Shown: in pieces, positions 1-9,461 of the stretch
How the letters are laid out: each line of letters opens with the position of its first letter
Numbering within the stretch: the first letter of the stretch is position 1
Source of the DNA: Candidatus Sumerlaeia bacterium
Lineage (GTDB): Bacteria > Sumerlaeota > Sumerlaeia > SLMS01 > JANRJK01
Assembly (NCBI GenBank): GCA_033764015.1
Contig: JANRJK010000002.1
Span: 160,001-224,000 of the forward strand
Reading direction: 5' to 3'
Length of the DNA stretch: 64,000 nt
The notes under the pieces: model-generated
The model's input: only the letters and a program-made list of their open reading frames with translations
Database searches by the model: none
Told to the model about the DNA's origin: nothing
Made by a program: the position numbers and the translations under genes

Positions 1-1440
1 CTGGACCGTGACCGTCGCGGTCGCGGTGGCCGAGTTTCCGTTCACGTCCGTGACCGTCAGCGTCACCGTGTTGCCGCCGAGGTCGGCGCAGGTGAAGTCC
101 GTCGTGTCGAGCGCGAGCGTGTCGACCGCGCAGTTGTCGCTGGAGCCGTTGTCGACCGCGGCCGCGGTCGTCGAGGCGTTGCCTGATCCGTCAAGCGTCA
201 CCGTCACGTCCTGCGCAACGGCCGTCGGTGCGATGTTGTCCTCGACCGTGACCGTCGCGGTCGCGGTGGCCGAGTTGCCGTTCACGTCGGTGACCGTCAG
301 CGTCACCGTGTTTCCGCCAACGTCGGCGCAGGTGAAGGCGGTCGTGTCGAGCGCGAGCGTGTCGATCGCGCAGTTGTCGGAGGAGCCGTTGTTGACAGCC
401 GCGGCGGTCGTCGAGCCGTTGCCGGAGCCGTCGAGAACCACCGTGACGTCCTGCGTCACGACCGTCGGGGCCGTGTTGTCCTCGACCGTCACCGTCGCGG
501 TCGCGGTCGCCGTGTTGCCGGCGGCGTCCGCCGCGGTCAGCGTGACGACCACCGGGCCGACATCCGCGCAGGTGAAGGCCGTCTGGCTGAGCACCAGCGA
601 GTCGATGCCGCAGTTGTCGCTGGAGCCGTTATTGACCGCGCCGGCCGTCGTGGAGCCGTTGCCGGAGCCGTCGAGCATGACCGTCACGTCCTGCGCGATC
701 GCAGTGGGTGCCGTGTTGTCCTGGACCGTGACCGTCGCGGTCGCGGTGGCCGAGTTGCCGTTCACGTCCGTGACCGTCAGCGTCACCGTGTTGCCGCCGA
801 GGTCGGCGCAGGTGAAGGCGGTTGTGTCGAGCGAGAGCGACGCGATGCCGCAGTTGTCGCTGGAGCCGTTGTCGACCGCGGCGGCGGACGTCGAGGCGTT
901 GCCGGAGCCGTCCAGCACCACGGTCACGTCCTGCGCGACGACCGTCGGGGCCGTGTTGTCCTGCACCGTGACCGTCGCGGTCGCGGTGGCCGAGTTGCCG
1001 TTCACGTCCGTGACCGTCAGCGTCACCGTGTTCCCACCAACGTCGGCGCAGGTGAAGGCGGTCGTGTCGAGCGCGAGCGTGTCGATCGCGCAGTTGTCGG
1101 AGGAGCCGTTGTTGACCGCCGCGGCGGTCGTCGAGCCGTTGCCGGAGCCGTCGAGGACCACCGTGACGTCCTGCGTCACGACCGTCGGGGCCGAGCTATC
1201 CTCGACCGTGACCGTCGCGGTGCACGTGTCGGTATTGCCGTCGGCGTCGGAGACCGTGAGCGTCACCGCCTGGTTGCCGATGTCGGTGCAGTCGAACGTG
1301 TTCGGCGAGACGATGCGGGAGGTGATGCCAACGTTGTCCGTCGAGCCGCCGTCAACATCGGTGCCGAGCACCGTGAGGTTGCCGGACCCATCAAGCGACA
1401 GCGTGACGTCTTGGCAGACCGCGTTCGGTGGCGTCACGTC
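1..1440. repeat. Six tandem 240-bp coding repeats (HYR-like domains)
   Basis: Units start at 1, 241, 481, 721, 961 and 1201 with the shared motif accgt(g/c)accgtcgcggt. Unit 241-480 is nearly identical to 961-1200, and unit 1-240 is close to 721-960. Confidence 0.95.
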
Positions 1441-2343
1441 GGGGACGGCGGGGACCGTTTCGATCGAAGAGTTCACCGATCCCGGAAGCGAGGCGAACGC
1501 CGGCGCCGCGGCGAAGTTGCCGCCCGCCGTGATGTTGTAGACCGCGTTCGTGGCGGTCGCGAGGATGCGGTTGTTGACCGGATCCACCGCGAGGCCGGCG
1601 AAGTTGCGCCCGTCGGCGAACGTGGTGCCGTTTGGGGTACCCGCGATGAACACAGCGGTTCCCCCATTCGCGCCGATCGCGGCAGGAGTGAAGTTCGAGT
1701 CCACGGTCGTGAGGCCGCTGCCAACGCCGTTCCCCGCCAGGGGGAGCGTGGTGAATGCGACCGCGCCCGGGCCGGTTGCTCCGGTGGCGACCCGGATCTC
1801 TTGCAGCGTCGAGTCGCCAAGGAGCATGACGCCCGCCTCGGACACGTCGAGCCCGTTCAAGGCCGTGCCGGTTACCAAAGTGTTGTTGATGATGTCGGTG
1901 GCGTTGTAAGTGCCGTCCTGGTTCGCGTCGGTGAAATTCGTGCCGTTGTGCAGCAGCATCAAGCGGCGTGTGGAGGGCCCGGAGAGCACGACAAACACGC
2001 GGTTGCTCGCGTCTACGGCGACATCACGCACTGCGGAGCCGATGTTGGCATAGGACGTCCGGTTGCCCAGCGAGTCGACCTGCCAGAGGGTCGTGCCGAA
2101 GTCCGCCACGTACATCGTTGTGGCGTCGTTGCTGAACGCGATGTCTCCAAGGTGGACGTTCGTGCCGAACCCGGTCGCGAACGCTCCGGGCGCGGTGAAC
2201 GTGCCTCCTGCGGAGACGTTGTAGACGTTGCCGTCGTTCGCGCCGACAAACACGTTGCCGGGGGTGAACTGGGCCTGCGCGGTCGTCGCCGCTAGTGCTG
2301 CGGCGAGCCCGAGCAGACACCGTAACTGCCTGATGGGGGGCAT
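1..2343 (-). CDS. Large secreted/surface protein: signal peptide, beta-propeller-like N-domain, then at least 6 tandem 80-aa HYR-like Ig repeats; partial (runs off the window start)
   Basis: Manual minus-strand translation from ATG 2343 (alternative 2352; GGAGAAGG upstream) gives MPPIRQLRCLLGLAAALAATTAQA/QFTPGNVFVG..., then repeats of the type QDVTVxLDGSGN..SSDNC..FTCADVGxNTVTLTVTDVNGNSATATATVTVxD. No stop seen to position 1. Absent from the ORF track because its stop lies outside the window. Confidence 0.9.
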   Translation of the reverse strand, partial: MPPIRQLRCLLGLAAALAATTAQAQFTPGNVFVGANDGNVYNVSAGGTFTAPGAFATGFGTNVHLGDIAFSNDATTMYVADFGTTLWQVDSLGNRTSYANIGSAVRDVAVDASNRVFVVLSGPSTRRLMLLHNGTNFTDANQDGTYNATDIINNTLVTGTALNGLDVSEAGVMLLGDSTLQEIRVATGATGPGAVAFTTLPLAGNGVGSGLTTVDSNFTPAAIGANGGTAVFIAGTPNGTTFADGRNFAGLAVDPVNNRILATATNAVYNITAGGNFAAAPAFASLPGSVNSSIETVPAVPDVTPPNAVCQDVTLSLDGSGNLTVLGTDVDGGSTDNVGITSRIVSPNTFDCTDIGNQAVTLTVSDADGNTDTCTATVTVEDSSAPTVVTQDVTVVLDGSGNGSTTAAAVNNGSSDNCAIDTLALDTTAFTCADVGGNTVTLTVTDVNGNSATATATVTVQDNTAPTVVAQDVTVVLDGSGNASTSAAAVDNGSSDNCGIASLSLDTTAFTCADLGGNTVTLTVTDVNGNSATATATVTVQDNTAPTAIAQDVTVMLDGSGNGSTTAGAVNNGSSDNCGIDSLVLSQTAFTCADVGPVVVTLTAADAAGNTATATATVTVEDNTAPTVVTQDVTVVLDGSGNGSTTAAAVNNGSSDNCAIDTLALDTTAFTCADVGGNTVTLTVTDVNGNSATATATVTVEDNIAPTAVAQDVTVTLDGSGNASTTAAAVDNGSSDNCAVDTLALDTTDFTCADLGGNTVTLTVTDVNGNSATATATVTVQ

Positions 2344-2513
2344 TTCCTGCATCCTTCTCCGTCATCCGCGTGGCGGGCGCCGGGGTATCGGGGTGTGTTG
2401 CTATGATCCGAGCCTTCCCCAAGTCGCATCCCGGCGGCAAGATCAATCCCTTTAGCGCGAGCAGAGGATCGAGGTCATGGGTCGGGGAAAAGCCCGATAG
2501 TCCATAAACGAAC

Positions 2514-2537
2514 GGTCCGGCGAGAACTCGCCGGACC
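2514..2537 (-). terminator. Probable intrinsic terminator hairpin downstream of malQ
   Basis: Perfect inverted repeat GGTCCGGCGAG-AA-CTCGCCGGACC about 30 nt after the malQ stop, with T-containing tails on both strands. Confidence 0.6.
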
Positions 2538-2569
2538 ATTGTTTTCGTTCAGGTTGTGTTCTTGGCCCC

Positions 2570-4153
2570 TCAGGAGTAGTTGGGGTCTATCGCCGGATGG
2601 CGCCGCGCGGCCGCCGGGGGCTCGGCGTGGCGCTCGTAGAGCAGCGCCAGCCCCCGGATCGTCTCCGCCAGTCGCTGGTCTATTTGCGTCGGCAGCAGGC
2701 GCCAGCTCCAGTTGTGGACGCCGCTCGTGCCCGGCAGGTTCATGCGGCAGTCCGTCGGCAGTCCCAAGAAGTCCTGCATCTGGATGATCGCCGTGTTCGC
2801 GTGGCACCGGAACGCGGACCGGATCAGGTCCCAGTGGGGAAGGCTGCCATCCGTCGACAGGTAGGAACGGAACAGGTGGCGCTCCGCCGGAGTCGCCGAC
2901 GTGTACCAGCCCACCGTCGTGTCGTTGTCGTGGCTGCCGGTGTACACGACCTGGTTGGCGTCGATCTGGTGGGGGAGGAAGCCGCTGTTCGGATTCGAGA
3001 CGAGGGGCTCCACGCTGGCGGGGGACCACGCGAACTGGAGGATCTTCATGCCGGGAAGCTCGAACTTCGCCCGCATCTCGTGCACGTCCGAGGTGATCTC
3101 GCCGAGGTCCTCCGCGATGATCGGCAGCCGGTTTCCGAGCCCGCGCTTGAGCGCGGCGAAGAACGCCGCCCCGGGGCCCTCGACCCAGGTACCGTGCTCC
3201 GCCGTGGGGTGTCCGAAGGGCACCGACCAGTAGCCGCCGAAGCCGCGGAAGTGGTCGAGGCGAAGGTAGTCCACCATGGCGAGCGTCGACTTGATGCGGT
3301 CGATCCACCACTTGAACTTGGCCGCTTCGAGCTTCTCCCAGTTATATAGCGGGTTCCCCCAAAGCTGGCCGGTGGCGCTGAAGTAGTCGGGCGGCACGCC
3401 GGCGACCGCGGTGGGGAGGCCGGTCTTCTTGTCGAGCTGGAAGAACTCCTGGTTCGCCCAGGCGTCGGCGCTGTCGTAGGCGACGTAGATCGGCGCGTCG
3501 CCGATCACCTCGATGCCCCGGGCGGCGGCGCCGCGTCGGACCGCGCCCCACTGCTCGAAGAAGAGGAACTGCTGGATCCTATAGCCTTCGATCTCGGCGG
3601 CGAACTTCGTCGCGGCGGACTTCAGCGCGGCGGCCTTGTAGCCGCGCAGGTCCTTGTCCCAGTTGTCCCAGGAGCGACCCTCGTTGTGGTCCTTCAGCGC
3701 CATGAACATGGCGAAATCGTCGAGCCACCAGGCGATCTCCTTCGCCTTGAGGAACTGGTTGTAGCGGCCCCGCATTTCCGAGAAGCCGCCGGCGGCGAAG
3801 CGGTCCGTCGCCAACTTGAGAATCTTCTTCTTCCAGTCGATCACCCAGCCGTAGTCGACACGTTCCGTCGGGAATGCGGGCGGGAGGATCTCCTTCTCAT
3901 GGAGCAGGCCGTCGCGGACGAGCAGCTCGGGGCTGATCATATAGGGGCTTCCCGCGCAGGACGAGAAGCACTGGTACGGCGAGTCGCCGTAGCTGGTGGG
4001 CCCGAGCGGCAGCACCTGCCAGTAGCGCAGCCCGGCGCCGCGCATCCAGTCGAGGAAGCGGAAGGCCGCGGGGCCGAAGTCACCGATGCCGAAGGGCCCC
4101 GGCAGGCTGGTGGGGTGCAGCAGCACGCCCGCGTAACGACGTTCGAATACCAT
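2570..4153 (-). CDS. malQ: 4-alpha-glucanotransferase (amylomaltase, GH77)
   Basis: Motifs GVLLHPTSLP, WQVLPLGPT..DSPY, GVPPDYFSATGQLWGNPLY, LRLDHFRG, AEDLG, YTGSHDNDT, RMNLPG..NWSWR. Confidence 0.97.
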   Translation of the reverse strand: MVFERRYAGVLLHPTSLPGPFGIGDFGPAAFRFLDWMRGAGLRYWQVLPLGPTSYGDSPYQCFSSCAGSPYMISPELLVRDGLLHEKEILPPAFPTERVDYGWVIDWKKKILKLATDRFAAGGFSEMRGRYNQFLKAKEIAWWLDDFAMFMALKDHNEGRSWDNWDKDLRGYKAAALKSAATKFAAEIEGYRIQQFLFFEQWGAVRRGAAARGIEVIGDAPIYVAYDSADAWANQEFFQLDKKTGLPTAVAGVPPDYFSATGQLWGNPLYNWEKLEAAKFKWWIDRIKSTLAMVDYLRLDHFRGFGGYWSVPFGHPTAEHGTWVEGPGAAFFAALKRGLGNRLPIIAEDLGEITSDVHEMRAKFELPGMKILQFAWSPASVEPLVSNPNSGFLPHQIDANQVVYTGSHDNDTTVGWYTSATPAERHLFRSYLSTDGSLPHWDLIRSAFRCHANTAIIQMQDFLGLPTDCRMNLPGTSGVHNWSWRLLPTQIDQRLAETIRGLALLYERHAEPPAAARRHPAIDPNYS

Positions 4154-4320
4154 GGAAGGCAGCTCCTATGCGGCTCGCCGTGGAGTCGTGGGATGTTGGA
4201 GCCAGTAAACCCGCCCCACGGCGCCGAGGGCCAAGGGCAAGTTCCGCAGCGCTATCCCCTTGGCATGGTGCGCCCAGCCGGGTGCGCTGGGTGCGGCAAA
4301 CCAAACGGCAGGAGAAACCC

Positions 4321-5814
4321 ATGCGCTACCGTGTCACCACCAAAGCCCCCGCCGACGTGCAGGCGGAGGCGCTTGTCGTCCTCTTCGACGAGCAAGGCCC
4401 CCTCGGCGAAGCGGTCAACAAGGTCGTCGTCGAGCACATCGCGTCGTACCGCCGCGCGCTCGAGAAGAAGACCAGCTCCCGGGAGTGGTTCTGCACGCTC
4501 GATCCGCAAACCGGAGCCGCCGCCCGGCACCTCCTCCTGGATAGCGCCGCCTTCGGGCCCTGGATGCCCGGCCGCGAGAAACTGAAGTGCGCCGCCGCCC
4601 GGGCCGTGTCCCTCTGCCGCGAGCACTCGATCTCGAAGATCGCCTTCGTCGTGAACCGCAAGGACTCCCTCGAGGAGGCGCAGGCGGTCTTCGAAGGGGC
4701 CGTGCTCGGCGACTTCGCCGACAAGCGTTTCAAGTCGGAGAAGCCCTCCCCGGCGCCGCTCGATCTTACCTTTGTCGTCGCCAAGGACGCGCAGAAGGCC
4801 ACCACCGACATGCTCGACGCCACCGAGCCGGTGCTGCGCGGCGTGAACCTCGCGCGCGAACTGGTCAACGCGCCCAACAACATCCTCACGCCCGGCGAAC
4901 TGACCGGCCACGGCGTCGAGATCGCCAAGGAGCATGGCCTCCGCTTCGAGCTGCTCGACTCGAAGAAGCTCGAGAAGCAGGGGTACAACCTGCTCTGGAA
5001 CGTGGGGCGCGGCAGCGAACACGAGCCGTACATGCTCACCGTCAGCTACGAACCCAAGGGTCGCGTGAAGCTGAAGGAGCACCTCTGCCTGGTCGGCAAG
5101 GGCATGACGTTCGACACCGGCGGCTACTGCATCAAGGACCGGGCGAACATGTACCTCATGAACAACGACATGGGGGGCGCCGCCGCGACGCTCGGCACGC
5201 TGCTCGCCGTCGCCGAGCTGCAGCTTCCGCTCAAGATGACCGCGATCATCCCGAGCGCGCACAACGCGATCGACGGCGGCGCGTACCACCCGGGGGCGAT
5301 CATCACCTCGAAGCAGGGCAAGACCGTCTTCATCGGCAACACGGACGCGGAGGGACGCCTGATCCTCGCGGACGCCTTCCAGCGCGCCGCCCGCGTCTCG
5401 CCCGACATCATGGTGGACTTCGCCACGCTGACCGGCGCCTGCGTGATGGCCCTCGGGAACCGGCTGGCCGGGCTCTTCACGGAGGACGCGCAGCTCCGCG
5501 CGCTCTTCGAGCAGGCGGGCGAAGCGACCGGCGACTCGCTCTGGGCGATGCCGATCTGGCGCGAGTACGCGCACCGCCTGGTGCATCCGCTCGCGGACCT
5601 CAACAACATCACCAAGCCCGGCGACATGGGCGGCGCGATCCACGCCGCGAACTTCCTCAAGGAGTTCGTCCCCGAAGGCGTCCGCTGGGCGCACGTGGAC
5701 ATCGCCGGCGTCGCCGCGACCGACACGCCGTACCGCTGCATGGCCGCCGGCGGCACCGGCTTCGGCGTCCGGCTCATGGTCGATGTGATCCGCCGCATGG
5801 TCGACGCCGCCTGA
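4321..5814 (+). CDS. pepA: Leucyl aminopeptidase (M17)
   Basis: VGKGMTFDTGG, DMGGAA, NTDAEGRLILAD, ATLTGA, WAHVDIAG. Start set at ATG 4321 after GGAGA. Confidence 0.93.
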   Translation: MRYRVTTKAPADVQAEALVVLFDEQGPLGEAVNKVVVEHIASYRRALEKKTSSREWFCTLDPQTGAAARHLLLDSAAFGPWMPGREKLKCAAARAVSLCREHSISKIAFVVNRKDSLEEAQAVFEGAVLGDFADKRFKSEKPSPAPLDLTFVVAKDAQKATTDMLDATEPVLRGVNLARELVNAPNNILTPGELTGHGVEIAKEHGLRFELLDSKKLEKQGYNLLWNVGRGSEHEPYMLTVSYEPKGRVKLKEHLCLVGKGMTFDTGGYCIKDRANMYLMNNDMGGAAATLGTLLAVAELQLPLKMTAIIPSAHNAIDGGAYHPGAIITSKQGKTVFIGNTDAEGRLILADAFQRAARVSPDIMVDFATLTGACVMALGNRLAGLFTEDAQLRALFEQAGEATGDSLWAMPIWREYAHRLVHPLADLNNITKPGDMGGAIHAANFLKEFVPEGVRWAHVDIAGVAATDTPYRCMAAGGTGFGVRLMVDVIRRMVDAA

Positions 5815-5841
5815 GCGGCGCCCCCCCCCATGCGCAAACCC

Positions 5842-5875
5842 CGCTCCGCCGTGTGAAGTCGAACACGGCGGAGCG
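5842..5875. terminator. 13-bp perfect hairpin between pepA and the next gene (terminator or RNA stabiliser)
   Basis: CGCTCCGCCGTGT-N8-ACACGGCGGAGCG; no clear U-tract. Confidence 0.45.
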
Positions 5876-5903
5876 TACTGCTTCCAAGGAGACCAACCAA
5901 CCC

Positions 5904-7253
5904 ATGCGCCTACTTCTGGCAGCCATCGCGCTGCTGCTCGCCACACTCCCCGCCGCCGCCAAGGGGCCGCTCGCCGATTACGTCGCCAAGGATGACGGCC
6001 AGTTCGGCTGGCGCGTGGTCCGCACCTTCAAGGCGAAGGACTACACCGGCCACGTGCTCTACCTCTCTTCGCAAGAGTGGCGGAAAGGCGCCGAGGTGGA
6101 CCGGATCCTGTGGCGCCATTGGCTTCTGGTGATCGAGCCCAAGCAGGTCGAGTCGACCACCGCGCTGCTCCAGCTCGGCGGTGGCGAGCTGGACTACAAG
6201 ATCCCCGATTCCGTCGATCCGTACCTGGTGCAGATCGCCAACGAGTCGAAGGCGGTCGTGGCGCAGTTGCGCCAAGTCCCTGTGCAGCCGTTGTACTTCA
6301 TGCAGGAGGACCGGCTGGCGCCCCGCGTCGAAGACGAGATCCTCGCCTATTCGTTCCGCCGCTATCTCGACGGCGGCGACGACGAGTGGCCCGCGCTGCT
6401 GCCGATGACCAAGAGCGCGGTCCGCGCCATGGACGCCCTCCAAGCGTGGGCCCGCGAGAAGCGCATCCCCGCCAAGGGTCTCGACCGCTTCGTCCTCACG
6501 GGGCACTCCAAGCGTGGCTGGACGGCGTACCTCGCCGCCGCCGTCGACAAGCGCGTGGCCGCCATCGCGCCGCATGTGATCGACCTGCTCGCCATGGAGC
6601 AGGGCATTGCGGCGCAGCCCTCCGTCTGGGGCGAGTACTCGCCGGCGCTGAAGCCCTACATCGACCAAGGCGTCCTGAAGGCGCTCGGCACCCCGCGCGG
6701 CGCCCAGCTCGCGTCGATCATCGACCCGAACGCCTACCGCGAGGCGCTCACGATGCCCAAGCTGATCGTCCACGCCCCCAGCGACGAGTTCTGGCTCCCC
6801 GACTCCACCAAGTACTACCTCGCTAAGCTCCCCGGAAAGAACCACCTCCGCAACATCCCGAACAAGGGGCACAACCTCGACGGGTGGGAGGACGAGCGCG
6901 CGCTCGCCACCTTCTTCCGGTCCATCGTGTCGGGAACGGAGCTTCCCTCCGTCACAACCTCCTGGCCGACGCCAACCGAGGTGGAGGTGAAGCCCACGGC
7001 GGCCCCGAAGCAGGTGCTCCTCTGGCGCGCGACGAACACCCTCCGGCAGGACTTCCGCCTCCCCGCGCTGGAGAACGGGCGATGGGAGAGCTCGGTGGTC
7101 TCCGCCGGTCCCGACGGCGCCTTCCGTGCGACCGTCCCGCCGCCGCCGAAAGGATTCACCGCCTACTACGTCGAGGTGGTCTTCCCCGACCCCTTCGGCA
7201 AGGACCGCGACTGGAGCGCGACCACCGAGGTCCGGATCGTCGCGGCGCCTTAG
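5904..7253 (+). CDS. PhoPQ-activated pathogenicity-related (PqaA-like) secreted alpha/beta hydrolase
   Basis: Signal peptide MRLLLAAIALLLATLPAAA; LSSQEW, WRHWL, EDEILAYS, WPALLPMTKSAVRAMD, nucleophile motif GHSKRGWT, DEFWLPD, PNKGH. AAGGAG upstream of ATG 5904. Confidence 0.85.
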   Translation: MRLLLAAIALLLATLPAAAKGPLADYVAKDDGQFGWRVVRTFKAKDYTGHVLYLSSQEWRKGAEVDRILWRHWLLVIEPKQVESTTALLQLGGGELDYKIPDSVDPYLVQIANESKAVVAQLRQVPVQPLYFMQEDRLAPRVEDEILAYSFRRYLDGGDDEWPALLPMTKSAVRAMDALQAWAREKRIPAKGLDRFVLTGHSKRGWTAYLAAAVDKRVAAIAPHVIDLLAMEQGIAAQPSVWGEYSPALKPYIDQGVLKALGTPRGAQLASIIDPNAYREALTMPKLIVHAPSDEFWLPDSTKYYLAKLPGKNHLRNIPNKGHNLDGWEDERALATFFRSIVSGTELPSVTTSWPTPTEVEVKPTAAPKQVLLWRATNTLRQDFRLPALENGRWESSVVSAGPDGAFRATVPPPPKGFTAYYVEVVFPDPFGKDRDWSATTEVRIVAAP

Positions 7254-7321
7254 TCGGCCCGGCGATTCCCTTCGACACCAGCCCCCGCGCGGGGCACCTT
7301 GGCTCCCCGAGGTGCCCCGCC

Positions 7322-7738
7322 ATGCTGGTGGAAATGGAAGTCCGCGAACTGCAGCTCAGCGACTTGATGCCGACGCAAATCGTCATCCTCGAGGAGAAGC
7401 ACGGAAAGCGGCGCTTCCCGATCTTCATCGGCCCGCACGAGGCGGCGGCTCTCGACCAGGCGGTGCACGGGCGCCGCAACCCGCGGCCGCTCACGCACGA
7501 CTTGATCCTCAACGTGCTCGACGGCTTGAACGCGGACCTCGAGGCGGTGTGCGTGAGCCAGCTCCGCGACGAGGTTTTCTACGGCCAGCTCCATCTCCGC
7601 CTCCCGGACCAGCACCAGATCCAAGTCGATACGCGCCCGAGCGACGCCATGGTCCTGGCGGTGAAGCGCGGCGCGCCGATCTTCGTGGCCGAGGAAGTCT
7701 TCGAGGCGATGACAGAACGCGATGACGGCGGCCTCTGA
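7322..7738 (+). CDS. Bifunctional nuclease family protein (DUF151)
   Basis: FPIFIGPHEA, RPLTHDL, DTRPSDAMVLAV..APIFV. Confidence 0.9.
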   Translation: MLVEMEVRELQLSDLMPTQIVILEEKHGKRRFPIFIGPHEAAALDQAVHGRRNPRPLTHDLILNVLDGLNADLEAVCVSQLRDEVFYGQLHLRLPDQHQIQVDTRPSDAMVLAVKRGAPIFVAEEVFEAMTERDDGGL

Positions 7739-9461
7739 CCCGTCCGGCGCGGCGAAGACGTCCCGCGCCCACGCACTCATCGCTTGGATACTCTTCACCG
7801 CCGCGATTCTATCCGTCGCGCTGGTCCCGATCCGCGCGGACAACGACTGCTGGTGGCATGTCAAGACGGGCCAGTTCCTCTGGCAGGCGGGCGAACTGCC
7901 GAAGCACGACGTCTTCAACTACCTCGCCGAAGGCTACGAGTGGCACAACCACGAGTGGCTCGCGCAGCTTTGGTTCCACGCCATGTTCGCCGCCGGTGAC
8001 GACGGCTTCCAAGGTGGCTGGCGCTCCCTGGTGTTCGGGATAGGGCTCCATTTGTGGGCTGCCTACGCGATCCTGCTTTTGCTAGCCAAACGGATCACTG
8101 GAAACTGGTGGTTGGCGCTGCTGATCACGCTGCTTGCGATCGGCGTGGGCCGGCGCACGTTCTACCCGCGTCCCCCCGTCATCTCGTACGTGATCCTCGC
8201 CGGGCTGGTCGCCTTGTTCACCGCCTACTCGGAGGGATGGATCACCCGGCGGCGATGGCTGCTCGCGCTGCTGCCGCTCACCTCGCTCTGGACGAACCTC
8301 CACGGTGCATGGTTCGCGGGGCTCATCGTGATGGGGGCCTACGGGCTGCAAGGCTTCTTCGCGCACTTCCAGGAGCGCGCGCCGAATCCGTTCGAGCGCA
8401 GCCCCGCAATCCTGCCCCCCGCGCAGTGGATCGCGCTCGGCGCCGCGATCGCCCTCTCCACCTTCGCCAACCCCTACGGACGGCGCTTGTGGGAGCTTCC
8501 CGTCCGCGTGCTCAGCGACCAGGCGCTGGTGCGCTCCATCGGCGAACTCCAGTCGCCGGATTTCTTCTTCGTGAAGCACTTCGAAGCGGCGTTCCTCGCG
8601 ACGCTGCTGCTGGCGCTCTTCGTCCCGCGCTTCCGCCCGCGCATCGGCGAGCTGGCGGTCTACCTCTTCTTCTTCCACCAGGCGATCCAGCACGTCCGCC
8701 ACCTGACGCTGTTCGGCATCGTCATGGTGCCGCTGGTGGCGCGGCTCTCGGCGCACGCGCTCGAGGTGTCGCGCGCGGCGCTGGCGGATCGCTTCGGCGC
8801 GGCGGGTCCGCGGGCGCTCGCGCTCGCGCTCCCGGCGGTGGCGATCGCCACCATGGCGGTGCTGCTGAAGAACCCCGTGGAGGGCCAGAGCTACCCGGAG
8901 CGCAACGCGCAGTTCCTCTTCGGCCCCGACCCCGCTTCGCGCGACCTCTCGAAGGGTATCGGCTACGTCCGCGAGGCGTTCCCCGCCGCCGCGTGCGACT
9001 TCATCGAACTCGCCCGTCTCGAAGGGAACATGTTCAACCGCAACCACTACGCCGGGTACCTCATCTGGCGATTCTCGCCGGAGACGCACCGTGTGTTCGC
9101 CGACTCCCGGTTCGACATCTTCGGCGGGGACTTCCTCTCGACGGAGATCGCCATCGAGGGGGCGCAGGAGTTCGACCCCACGGAAGTGCGCGAGTCGGGT
9201 CGGCTTCCCGATACGCCGCTCTGGCAGCGGCTCCTCGACCAGTACGACGTGCAGTGGATGCTGATCCGCGGGGAGATGCCGCTGGCCTCCGCGATGGGCG
9301 CGGATCCCGACCGGACGTGGACGCGGGTCGCCCACTGGCCCGAGCCGGGCCGCGGACACCTTCGCTCCGGCTGGCAAGTGTGGATCCGCGACACCGCCCC
9401 GAACGCCGGGCAGATCGCCCGGGCGCGGAGCACCGCGGCGGGCCTCGGCGTCGCGCCTTGA
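7722..9461 (+). CDS. Polytopic membrane protein, probable GT-C-fold glycosyltransferase
   Basis: DCWWHVKTG..HEWL after TM1, about 10-12 TM segments, WTNLHG, ANPYG, soluble C-terminal domain with GYLIW..FADSRFD. The GT-C call is inference from topology and the acidic first loop. Confidence 0.6.
   Translation: MTAASDPSGAAKTSRAHALIAWILFTAAILSVALVPIRADNDCWWHVKTGQFLWQAGELPKHDVFNYLAEGYEWHNHEWLAQLWFHAMFAAGDDGFQGGWRSLVFGIGLHLWAAYAILLLLAKRITGNWWLALLITLLAIGVGRRTFYPRPPVISYVILAGLVALFTAYSEGWITRRRWLLALLPLTSLWTNLHGAWFAGLIVMGAYGLQGFFAHFQERAPNPFERSPAILPPAQWIALGAAIALSTFANPYGRRLWELPVRVLSDQALVRSIGELQSPDFFFVKHFEAAFLATLLLALFVPRFRPRIGELAVYLFFFHQAIQHVRHLTLFGIVMVPLVARLSAHALEVSRAALADRFGAAGPRALALALPAVAIATMAVLLKNPVEGQSYPERNAQFLFGPDPASRDLSKGIGYVREAFPAAACDFIELARLEGNMFNRNHYAGYLIWRFSPETHRVFADSRFDIFGGDFLSTEIAIEGAQEFDPTEVRESGRLPDTPLWQRLLDQYDVQWMLIRGEMPLASAMGADPDRTWTRVAHWPEPGRGHLRSGWQVWIRDTAPNAGQIARARSTAAGLGVAP

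Noticed and set aside
1..1440. CRISPR-like or non-coding repeat array
   Set aside because: Repeats are 240-bp in-frame coding units without unique spacers, and no cas genes are present.
8..1540. 510-aa plus-strand ORF (MTVAVAVAE...) with 80-aa repeats
   Set aside because: Antisense shadow of the minus-strand HYR-repeat gene, which has the signal peptide, RBS and recognisable domains.
5821..5829. C9 homopolymer (and the A8 run near 62937 in plsC) as phase-variation tracts
   Set aside because: Both are short; one is intergenic with no evident promoter role, and the other is in frame with no sign of disruption.
4587..5903. Apparent long N-terminal extensions or fusions in the ORF track (4587-7253, 8054-10789, 11613-14249, 14113-16659, 41610-44447)
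   Set aside because: The extensions are off-frame readings of the upstream gene. Real starts lie at 5904, 9458, 12921, 15133 and 42162.
7289..7320. CIRCE (HrcA) operator
   Set aside because: Only the GCAC/GTGC cores match; arms and spacing differ from TTAGCACTC-N9-GAGTGCTAA, and no chaperone gene follows.
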